Sequence record: SRR20825019_1418
Strand: one strand, 5' to 3'
DNA: 20,000 nucleotides
Positions 7,527-16,273 of the stretch are shown one piece after another. Each line of letters begins with the position of its first letter. The stretch's first letter is position 1. Below the pieces are notes generated by a model. That model was not told where the DNA came from and did no database searches. It worked only from the letters and a program-made list of their open reading frames with translations. Made by a program: the position numbers and the translations under genes.

Positions 7527-8537
7527 ATGGACATTTCCCGGGTAGACCTCAATCTGCTTGTTTATCTCGATGTACTGTTGCGGGAGCGGAATGTCACCAA
7601 AGCCGCCAATCATCTTGGGATTACCCAGCCCGCGATGAGCAACGGTCTGCGCCGACTGCGGGACCTGTTCGGAGACCCGCTGCTGGTTCGTACCAGTGAG
7701 GGGATGACCGCAACCGAGCGTGCCACTGAGCTACAGCCACTGGTGCGGAGCATTCTGTCCGATATTGAGCAGGCGGTTCATGAGAAAACCGCGTTCGCGG
7801 CTATGGAAAGTCAGCGCGTGTTTCGGATCATGGCCAGTGACTACGCGGAATCCTGCCTGATGCCACGGGTACTTCGCCGGATTCGTCAAGAAGCGCCTCA
7901 TGTGACTCTGGATGTTCTTACCCCCAGTGACGTGAGCTTCCTCGACGTGGAGCAGGGGCGCCTCGATATGGCGATCAACCGTTTTGACAAGATCCCCCAG
8001 TCGTTCCACCAGAAAACTCTGTGGACGGAGTACTTTGCCTGCCTGATGAACGCACGTAACCCGATACTCAAGGAGCCGTTTACCCTCGATACCTACCTGG
8101 ACGCCAGTCATATCTGGGTCAGCAAGACCGGGTTTGGTGTCGGGGTGGGGGTGAACCCGAAAGACGTCCAGCGCCTAGGGTGGGTGGACGAGGCCTTGTC
8201 ACTGATGGGCCGAAAACGCCAGATTTCCGTGTTTACGCGGCATTACCAGGTGGCTATGCTGCTGGCGGAGCAGCACGACCTGATCGCCACGCTGCCATGC
8301 CGGGCGGCCTGGTTGCAGAAAGACAACGCCAACCTGGTGGTTAAAGTGCCACCGTTCGAGATACCACCGTTCGAGCTCAAAATGGCCTGGAGCCCGCTTT
8401 TGCAACACAACACGGATCACCAGTGGTTACGTAAGCTGATTGCCGAAGTGGCGGAAGAGGTAGACGCGGAATTTGCCCCGTTCGGAGCACAGTTTGAATC
8501 CACCGGGGTGCCCGGTATCCGCCACTCAGAGCGGTAG
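7527..8537 (+). CDS. LysR-family transcriptional regulator
   Basis: 336 aa. VDLNLLVYLDVLLRERNVTKAANHLGITQPAMSNGLRRLR HTH followed by a LysR substrate-binding domain. AGGGG RBS. Confidence 0.96.
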   Translation: MDISRVDLNLLVYLDVLLRERNVTKAANHLGITQPAMSNGLRRLRDLFGDPLLVRTSEGMTATERATELQPLVRSILSDIEQAVHEKTAFAAMESQRVFRIMASDYAESCLMPRVLRRIRQEAPHVTLDVLTPSDVSFLDVEQGRLDMAINRFDKIPQSFHQKTLWTEYFACLMNARNPILKEPFTLDTYLDASHIWVSKTGFGVGVGVNPKDVQRLGWVDEALSLMGRKRQISVFTRHYQVAMLLAEQHDLIATLPCRAAWLQKDNANLVVKVPPFEIPPFELKMAWSPLLQHNTDHQWLRKLIAEVAEEVDAEFAPFGAQFESTGVPGIRHSER

Positions 8538-9491
8538 TTCTCGCAGTTCCAGAGAACTCCTTCCTGCATCCCACATGCGCTGGAACGACTCAGCGAGTAG
8601 TTTTACCCGGCCGCTGTTGGCAAACGTTGCAAAGCCTTCCGGCTTGTAGAAGTCATGCCGGTAAACCACGCCCTCGCGGTCCGCGAGCAGGAAGGGCTGG
8701 TCGTCCACCGGATAATCCTCGTTCACCAGCCTCAGTTCAATCCGGCTGGGCAGGCGGCGCATCAATTCAACAATCTGGTGACGGCGTTGGACCAGCGGCT
8801 TGTCATCGTGAATCAGAAGCCGAACGTCACTGAGCCGATGTCGACGGGCCAGGCCGGATATCAGTTCCCGGAAGCGCAGGCGGTCATAGAGATCATGGTC
8901 CAGCACCCGGTCATACAGCCAGATCCGCTGACGCGCCTGGCCAGTCAGGGAGTCGATCAAATCTACCATGGTGCTCTCGCGGTCAAACAGCCAGGCGTCC
9001 CGATCTTCACCCAACAACATGGGATTCTCACGGGTTGAATAGGCGTCGTTCACCAGCTTCGGAGCGAGGCAGCGCATGTCGACATGGGGGATTCCGGCGT
9101 CGTCGTAGAGGTCGGAACACACGTGAAAGCCCGAGCGTTGGTAGAAGGGGATGGCGTGTTCCTGGGCGGAAAGTTGCAGCTCGGTGAAACGCTCTGCGGC
9201 TTCGGAGACAAGATGGCGTAGCAGGACTTCACCCAGACCCTTGCCCCGGTGTGCCGGAAGAATAGCCATGCGGCCGATGTGTGCCGTTTCCTCCAACGTG
9301 GAGAACAGGCGGGCGACGCCAACGGGGGTGTTGTCGGGTAATACCATCAGGTAGTGGTCGGCAATTTCGTCGGTGTCGTCCCACTCCAGTTCCGGTGGGA
9401 CTTTTTGCTCGTCCACGAATACGGACTGGCGGATGTTCCGGACATCGGCCGGCGCCAGTTGCCAGCTGTATTTTCGAACCCGTACGTTCAT
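8526..9491 (-). CDS. GNAT N-acetyltransferase (YjcF/ElaA-like) fused to a C-terminal domain of unknown function
   Basis: 321 aa. N-terminal IRQSVFVDEQKVP, IGRMAILPAHRGKGLG (acetyl-CoA motif A), LSAQ, FYQRSGF and DAGIPHVDM, then about 170 extra residues. Confidence 0.9.
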   Translation of the reverse strand: MNVRVRKYSWQLAPADVRNIRQSVFVDEQKVPPELEWDDTDEIADHYLMVLPDNTPVGVARLFSTLEETAHIGRMAILPAHRGKGLGEVLLRHLVSEAAERFTELQLSAQEHAIPFYQRSGFHVCSDLYDDAGIPHVDMRCLAPKLVNDAYSTRENPMLLGEDRDAWLFDRESTMVDLIDSLTGQARQRIWLYDRVLDHDLYDRLRFRELISGLARRHRLSDVRLLIHDDKPLVQRRHQIVELMRRLPSRIELRLVNEDYPVDDQPFLLADREGVVYRHDFYKPEGFATFANSGRVKLLAESFQRMWDAGRSSLELRELPL

Positions 9492-9520
9492 GCTGCCTTC
9501 ACCCAGGTTTCAGTCAGATG

Positions 9521-10672
9521 TCAGTCAAAGTACAGAGAGCCCTGGTTGACGAGTGTGCTCAGAAGACCCTGTATGGCATCGTCACCGGCAAAGCTGGCCA
9601 GTGCGCCCATGTCCGGGCGAGCGCTGGCACAAAGAAGGGGTGCCAGGGGCCGTGCGTCGCCCCGAAGCAGGAACTGCTCACCGTCCACGAACAGGGCGGT
9701 TTCGTCCTCGAAGTCATGGTAGGCGAAACGTGAGCCCTCGTTCCAGCGCAATGGGTTGCCGGCCGCAATCAACTCGCCCAGCAACTCTGGTGTGACCGGT
9801 TCTTCCGCGGGCACAACGATTTCCAGACTCTTGGGTGCCGTTGAGTACTGGCCGAACCAGAGTGCCAACTGGCGTTGATCACTGAGTTGGTCGCGGATGA
9901 GGCGGTCAAGCCGATGGATAACGTCGGGCTTGATGGCGCCGGGGTTGTCCTGGACCTTCAGGTCCGGATCATCCAGGTGTTCAGAGGCATCGGAGCGGCT
10001 GCACAGGAAGTCGGTGAAGCCTGTCAGTACATCGTCGACCGTAGGCGCGCGGAACCCGATAGACAGGGTGATGCAGTCGTCCTCGGCGACCCCGTGGTGG
10101 CCAACGCCCGGCGGCAGGTACAGCATGTCTCCCGGTGCCAGGGTTACCGTTTCCTCGCCGTCCCAGCTGCTCAGGATTCGTAGCGGCGTACCGTCCACGC
10201 GCGGCGAGGTGTGGTCACAATGGCCGCCAAAGGTCCAGCGACGGTGCCCCTCGGCTTGCAGAAGGAAGACATCGTACTGATCGTAGTGGGGGCCTACGCT
10301 GCCACCTTTTGGCGCGTAGCTGGCCATAATGTCATCCAGCCGCCAGTTGGGTACGAAGCGGAATTCGTCCAGCAGGTCCGCAAAGTCAGGAATCCAGTGG
10401 TCAAGACCCTGAACCAGCAGTGTCCAGTGGCTGTCTGGCAGTTTGCTGAAACGCTCGGGCTCGAAAGGGCCGTTGTGCAACTGCCAGGGCTTGCCGTTGT
10501 CGTCCTCGATCACAATCCGCGATTCAACAGCGTCCTCACAGGCCAGTCCTGCCAACTCGTCGGCCGAGACAGGGCACTCAAAGCCCGCAAAGGCCTGGCG
10601 GATGACCAGTGGTTTTTTTTGCCAGTAGTCCCGCAGGAATTCCTGGGCGGGCATTCCGCCGGGCAGTTGCAT
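9521..10672 (-). CDS. roxA: JmjC/cupin 2OG-Fe(II) oxygenase, ribosomal protein uL16 arginine hydroxylase RoxA/YcfD-like
   Basis: 383 aa. FLRDYWQKKPL, WRLDDIMASYA, GPHYDQYDVFLLQ (HxD), PGDMLYLPPG..HHG and SIGFRAP. Immediately downstream of purB. Confidence 0.88.
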   Translation of the reverse strand: MQLPGGMPAQEFLRDYWQKKPLVIRQAFAGFECPVSADELAGLACEDAVESRIVIEDDNGKPWQLHNGPFEPERFSKLPDSHWTLLVQGLDHWIPDFADLLDEFRFVPNWRLDDIMASYAPKGGSVGPHYDQYDVFLLQAEGHRRWTFGGHCDHTSPRVDGTPLRILSSWDGEETVTLAPGDMLYLPPGVGHHGVAEDDCITLSIGFRAPTVDDVLTGFTDFLCSRSDASEHLDDPDLKVQDNPGAIKPDVIHRLDRLIRDQLSDQRQLALWFGQYSTAPKSLEIVVPAEEPVTPELLGELIAAGNPLRWNEGSRFAYHDFEDETALFVDGEQFLLRGDARPLAPLLCASARPDMGALASFAGDDAIQGLLSTLVNQGSLYFD

Positions 10673-10675
10673 GGT

Positions 10676-12058
<1,383 letters not shown>

Positions 12059-12122
12059 TCATCAAAGATACGGTCAAAAGAAAAACTGGGGGCGCATATG
12101 ATACACCAGTGGTGGCCGGGAT

Positions 12123-12767
12123 TCAGTCGTAAACCGAGCGGTTTGCCTTCTCCGCCAATTCCCGGGCGGTCATGATGACCTTGCGACGAGTGAAGATAAG
12201 TTGCCAGCGGCGGCCGCCGGTCTGGTGCCAAAGGACGGCGGAGCGAATACCGGCCAGTAACAGGGCACGTACTTTGGCCGCATTCTCCTCGCGTTGAAGA
12301 ATCGTGGGCTCACCGCTGACCTGGATACGCTGGCGGAAGGTGCTGATGGTGTCCGTGTAAATCGACGCCACGTTGGCAATCAGGTTGCTGTGGCTGTAGC
12401 CGAAATGGCTTGCGGTGTGCCGGGCCTGGTCGATCCGGCTGCCGATTACATCCAGCATGTCGCTGTTTTGACGAAGCTTGGAAGAGAGGTTGATCAGGTT
12501 CAGGGCGTAACGCAGTACTTCAATGTCCTGCTGTTTGCTCTGTTGGCTCATTACGCTGGCGAGGGTGGAAAGGCCTTCACGCAGGTCCTTCAGTTCACCG
12601 CCGAACACATCCAGGGTCGTTTCAGGTTGCGTGGCGAACAGTGAGCGCAGGCAGGTTTCAAAGCTGGACTCCGCGCACTGGCCGGAATGGGCTATTTGCT
12701 GGACCAGAGCAGAGGCCTGGAAGACGCCCGCCAGAGCCAGGGTCTGGTCGTGTATCGATCGGCTCAT
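12123..12767 (-). CDS. hflD: High-frequency lysogenization protein HflD
   Basis: 214 aa. [15 protein letters not shown] and [26 protein letters not shown]. Canonical position between mnmA and purB. Confidence 0.96.
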   Translation of the reverse strand: MSRSIHDQTLALAGVFQASALVQQIAHSGQCAESSFETCLRSLFATQPETTLDVFGGELKDLREGLSTLASVMSQQSKQQDIEVLRYALNLINLSSKLRQNSDMLDVIGSRIDQARHTASHFGYSHSNLIANVASIYTDTISTFRQRIQVSGEPTILQREENAAKVRALLLAGIRSAVLWHQTGGRRWQLIFTRRKVIMTARELAEKANRSVYD

Positions 12768-13924
12768 GCGCCGGCTCCTTCCGCCTTGTTGTCAGTTCCT
12801 GTGGGCGTCTGCTCACCGTCCCGCCAGGTTTGTTCGATAACGCCGCCACCAAGGCAGACCTCGTCGCGGTAAAACACGACAGACTGACCCGGAGTGACGG
12901 CGCGCTGTGCGTCGTCAAAGACAACCCTGAACCCGTTGTCCAGGGCTGTTACCGTGCAGTCCTGGTCCGGTTGGCGGTAGCGCGTCTTGGCTTTGCAGCG
13001 GAACTCCGCAGCCGGAGCTTCGCCGGCAATCCAATCCACCGGTCCGCTGATCAGTCCGCGAGAAAACAGCAGGGGGTGATGCTTGCCCTGAACGGCAACC
13101 AGTACGTTGCGGGACAGGTCTTTTCCCGCGACGTACCAGGGCTCGTCGCCAAACTCACTCAAGCCACCAATGCCGAGGCCCTGACGCTGGCCAATGGTGT
13201 GGTACATCAGGCCCTGATGGCGGCCGATCACCTGGCCATCGGGGGTCTCGATATTTCCGGGCTGCGCGGGAATGTACTGTTTGAGGAAATCCCGGAATTT
13301 GCGTTCCCCGATAAAGCAGATACCGGTGGAGTCTTTCTTGTCGTGGGTGATAAAGCCCTGTTCGGCGGCAATGCGCCGTACTTCCGGTTTTTCAAGCTCG
13401 CCCACCGGAAAGAGCGTACGGGCAATACGTTCGCCAGAGACGGCGTGCAGGAAGTAGCTCTGGTCCTTGTTGGGGTCAAGGCCCTTGAGCAGTTCGGCTC
13501 CGCCACTGCCGTCGTTCAGAGGGCGCTGGCGGGTGTAGTGGCCGGTGGCAATGTAGTCAGCGCCCAGGGTAATGGCGTAATCGAGAAACGCCCGGAACTT
13601 CACTTCCTTGTTGCAGAGGATATCGGGATTCGGGGTCCGGCCAGCCTTGTATTCCGACAGGAAGTGCTCGAATACCCGATCCCAGTATTCCGCCGCAAAG
13701 CTGGCGGTGTGCAGCGTAATACCGATGGTTTCCGCCACCGCCTGAGCGTCCGCCAGGTCGGTCATGGCGGTGCAGTATTCGGTGCCGTCATCCTCGTCCC
13801 AGTTTTTCATGAACAGGCCTTCCACCTGGTAACCCTGGTCCTTCAGGAGCCAGGCTGCCACGGAAGAGTCTACGCCGCCGGACATGCCGACAATCACTCG
13901 GGTATTTTCAGGTGCTTTAGTCAT
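12764..13924 (-). CDS. mnmA: tRNA-specific 2-thiouridylase MnmA
   Basis: [40 protein letters not shown] and AVTPGQ. ATG at 13924 chosen over the longer ORF start because a -10 box lies at 13954-13959. Confidence 0.98.
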   Translation of the reverse strand: MTKAPENTRVIVGMSGGVDSSVAAWLLKDQGYQVEGLFMKNWDEDDGTEYCTAMTDLADAQAVAETIGITLHTASFAAEYWDRVFEHFLSEYKAGRTPNPDILCNKEVKFRAFLDYAITLGADYIATGHYTRQRPLNDGSGGAELLKGLDPNKDQSYFLHAVSGERIARTLFPVGELEKPEVRRIAAEQGFITHDKKDSTGICFIGERKFRDFLKQYIPAQPGNIETPDGQVIGRHQGLMYHTIGQRQGLGIGGLSEFGDEPWYVAGKDLSRNVLVAVQGKHHPLLFSRGLISGPVDWIAGEAPAAEFRCKAKTRYRQPDQDCTVTALDNGFRVVFDDAQRAVTPGQSVVFYRDEVCLGGGVIEQTWRDGEQTPTGTDNKAEGAGA

Positions 13925-13946
13925 GTCTGGGTCTGTCGGGGTCAAA

Positions 13947-13962
13947 GGGGCGGATTCTAGCA
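13947..13962 (-). promoter_or_regulatory. Putative extended -10 promoter of mnmA with GC-rich discriminator
   Basis: Minus strand TGC-TAGAAT-CCGCCCC. Confidence 0.5.
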
Positions 13963-13973
13963 TTTAAGCCAGG

Positions 13974-14423
13974 TTACGTCTGCGGCTCGACAATGACATC
14001 CAGGGGAAAGCGGCGTCCGTTTCGGTAATCTTCTATGCATTGCATGACCAGAGGGCTCCGAAGTTTGTCGGCCTGTGAGCGGATTTCACCGGGTGTTAAC
14101 CAGTGGGCAGCGATAATGCCGTCGTCCAGCTCATCGGTCACGCGGCCCAGGGCCCTGGCTGAGAAGCAAAACCGGTAGTAGGTAACGCCGTTGGCGGGGG
14201 CCTTGTAGGTATAGACGCCAAGAAAGTGCTCAGGGACCACCTCCCAGCCAGTCTCCTCCAGGGTTTCCCGCTGCGCTGCGTCAAGGATCCTTTCGCCTTC
14301 CTCTACGTGGCCCGCGGGCTGGTTGAGCACCACCTGACCATGGCTGAGTTCCTCAACCAGCAAAAAACGGCCATGGTCATCTTCAACAATAACGGCAACT
14401 GTGGCGTGGGGTGTCCAGGTCAT
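13974..14423 (-). CDS. nudJ: NUDIX hydrolase NudJ
   Basis: 149 aa. PHATVA, NQPAGHVEEGERILDAAQRETLEETG Nudix box and LRSPLV. Canonical position upstream of mnmA. Confidence 0.92.
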   Translation of the reverse strand: MTWTPHATVAVIVEDDHGRFLLVEELSHGQVVLNQPAGHVEEGERILDAAQRETLEETGWEVVPEHFLGVYTYKAPANGVTYYRFCFSARALGRVTDELDDGIIAAHWLTPGEIRSQADKLRSPLVMQCIEDYRNGRRFPLDVIVEPQT

Positions 14424-15061
14424 GGGCGGGGTCGCCTCCGGGGTGCGTGTTTGCGGGGTTTCGCCGCCTTCCGCGCCGCGGTTCCAGGCGGGGGCGAAGG
14501 CGCATGTACGGATGTTGCCCTGTATTCGCCGGGCGAAAGCCCGTCCAGGGTCCAGTCTCCAATACCATAGCGAACCAATCGTAGGGTAGGGAAGCCGACT
14601 GCCGCCGTCATGCGACGGACCTGCCGATTTTTACCTTCGGTGATGGTGAGCTTCACCCAGCTCGTGGGGATCGATGCTCTGTAGCGTACTGGCGGGTTTC
14701 TGGGCCAGATCTCCGGCGGAGCCATCGTCGACACTTCGGCTGGGCGAGTCTTACCGTCTTTGAGTTCCACGCCTTCGCGCAGTTTCTTCAGTGCCGTTTC
14801 GCTGATCTCGCCTTCAACCTGAACCCAATATGTCTTTGGCATTTTCAGCCGGGGAGAGGCAATTTGATGCTGCAGTTGCCCGTTGTCCGTTAGCAGCAAG
14901 AGACCTTCCGAATCATAGTCAAGCCGTCCGGCAGGGTAGACAGCGGGGATCTTGAGCCAGTCGGCAAGGGTGGCGCGGAGGGTGCCATCCGTACCGCCTT
15001 TCTCGTCGGTGAACTGGCAAAGCACCCGGAACGGTTTGTTGAACAGAATCAGCGTTGCCAT
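14420..15061 (-). CDS. rluE: 23S rRNA pseudouridine synthase RluE-like
   Basis: ILFNKPFRVLCQF, YPAGRLDYDSEGLLLLT (catalytic Asp), KTYWVQVEG and EGKNRQVRRMTAAVGFPTLRL. ATG at 15061 preferred, with a TGG-CATAAT extended -10 at 15108-15116. Confidence 0.93.
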   Translation of the reverse strand: MATLILFNKPFRVLCQFTDEKGGTDGTLRATLADWLKIPAVYPAGRLDYDSEGLLLLTDNGQLQHQIASPRLKMPKTYWVQVEGEISETALKKLREGVELKDGKTRPAEVSTMAPPEIWPRNPPVRYRASIPTSWVKLTITEGKNRQVRRMTAAVGFPTLRLVRYGIGDWTLDGLSPGEYRATSVHAPSPPPGTAARKAAKPRKHAPRRRPRP

Positions 15062-15255
15062 GGTGGCAAATGAACCTTGATTTAGGGAATCGAATTTGAA
15101 CAGGCGCATTATGCCAGAAGTAGGGAGAGAGGGGGTTGGGGAGGAGGGCCCGGTCGCCCCATCTGGTTGCGGAACGACCGAACGTCCGGACACAGGCTAA
15201 CTGGCCGGTCATTGTGGGCCGGTGTTATCTGCCTGGGCAGTGGTGGCGTCAGCCG

Positions 15256-15579
15256 TCAAGCGTTTGCCGCGCGGGGCTGATCCTGGTATCCACTGTCCTG
15301 ATTCTGTTCCACGTCGTCGTCACTGCCGGACGTTTTCTCAGAAGCGTTCTCTTGGGAACTCTGCTTCTGTGGCTGCTCCTCCGGAACGATGTTGACCGCG
15401 TGGATCCCTTTGTCGCTGGGCTTTTTATCGAAGGTGACGGCCTGGCCGGCCTTTAAGGTTTTGTAACCTTCCATTTGCACTGAAGAGAAGTGAGCAAACA
15501 GATCGTCACTGCAGCCTTCCTCGATAATGAAGCCATAACCCTTGGCATTGTTAAACCACTTTACTTTGCCTCTTGGCAT
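15256..15579 (-). CDS. cspD: Cold-shock domain protein CspD with acidic C-terminal extension
   Basis: ATG at 15579 with AGGGGAG RBS. GKVKWFNNAKGYGFI, DLFAHFS and GYKTLKAGQ. Divergent from clpS as is canonical. Confidence 0.92.
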   Translation of the reverse strand: MPRGKVKWFNNAKGYGFIIEEGCSDDLFAHFSSVQMEGYKTLKAGQAVTFDKKPSDKGIHAVNIVPEEQPQKQSSQENASEKTSGSDDDVEQNQDSGYQDQPRAANA

Positions 15580-15833
15580 GATGAACTCCCCTGTTCTTTC
15601 ACTGTCAGTGTCTTTGTTATTGATGTTATTGCCGAGCGTTTTGCCTTGCACGGATTGCAGCCTGTTATAGGCTTCTTACGCCAATTTACAATATTTTACA
15701 TTGCTATCGTACTGTTGACCAATATTCGCTCAGAGTCAATAGCAGTTATAGCCGGAATGTATGGTTGAACCGGGGCCGGAGCCTGTATCATGGCGAGATT
15801 GATAACCAGCGCACGTCCGGTTACCGGAGGTAC

Positions 15834-15862
15834 CTTGAAAACCGGGCGGCAGACAACCATCT
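15834..15862 (+). promoter_or_regulatory. Putative sigma-32 promoter of clpS-clpA
   Basis: CTTGAAA-N14-AACCATCT, about 35 bp upstream of the clpS ATG. Confidence 0.5.
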
Positions 15863-15895
15863 TTAAGCAGAGGCACCGATTTCCGGTAAAGAATC

Positions 15896-16255
15896 ATGCG
15901 GACTATCCAGAATTCTCTACTAGTATTAAATCAGGGGGAGGACGAACAGCCAGGACGTCAGGACGATGTCAGTGTTGCTCCCGAGAAGCCCGCCCTCAAG
16001 CGCCCCGCGCGCTTCAGGGTTCTGCTTCTGAACGATGACTACACACCCATGGACTTTGTAGTGGATGTGTTGATGAAGTTCTTCGGAATGAACGAAGAAA
16101 AGGCGACGCAGGTGATGCTGCTCGTCCATACGCAGGGAAAGGCTGTATGCGGGGTATATACCCGGGACATCGCGGAAACAAAGGCGGCACAGGTGAACCA
16201 GTATTCCTCGGAATGCGAACATCCGCTCCTTTGCGAGATTGAACGTGCGGACTGA
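15896..16255 (+). CDS. clpS: ATP-dependent Clp protease adaptor ClpS
   Basis: 119 aa. [33 protein letters not shown] and HPLLC. Confidence 0.97.
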   Translation: MRTIQNSLLVLNQGEDEQPGRQDDVSVAPEKPALKRPARFRVLLLNDDYTPMDFVVDVLMKFFGMNEEKATQVMLLVHTQGKAVCGVYTRDIAETKAAQVNQYSSECEHPLLCEIERAD

Positions 16256-16273
16256 TAGACCTTGGGGTGGCCC

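Noticed and set aside
12641..13960. 439-aa plus-strand ORF
   Set aside because: Antisense shadow of mnmA, expected from GC-rich codon bias; no recognisable motifs.
15580..15651. N-terminal extension of cspD in the ORF track (similarly for rluE, mnmA, clpA and the 6521-7372 ORF)
   Set aside because: Family N-termini, RBS position or promoter boxes favour the downstream ATGs.
15711..15744. Inverted repeat CTGTTGAC-N15-GTCAATAG in the cspD-clpS spacer
   Set aside because: Could be opposed -35 boxes or an operator, but I found no convincing matching -10 or factor, so it cannot be assigned.
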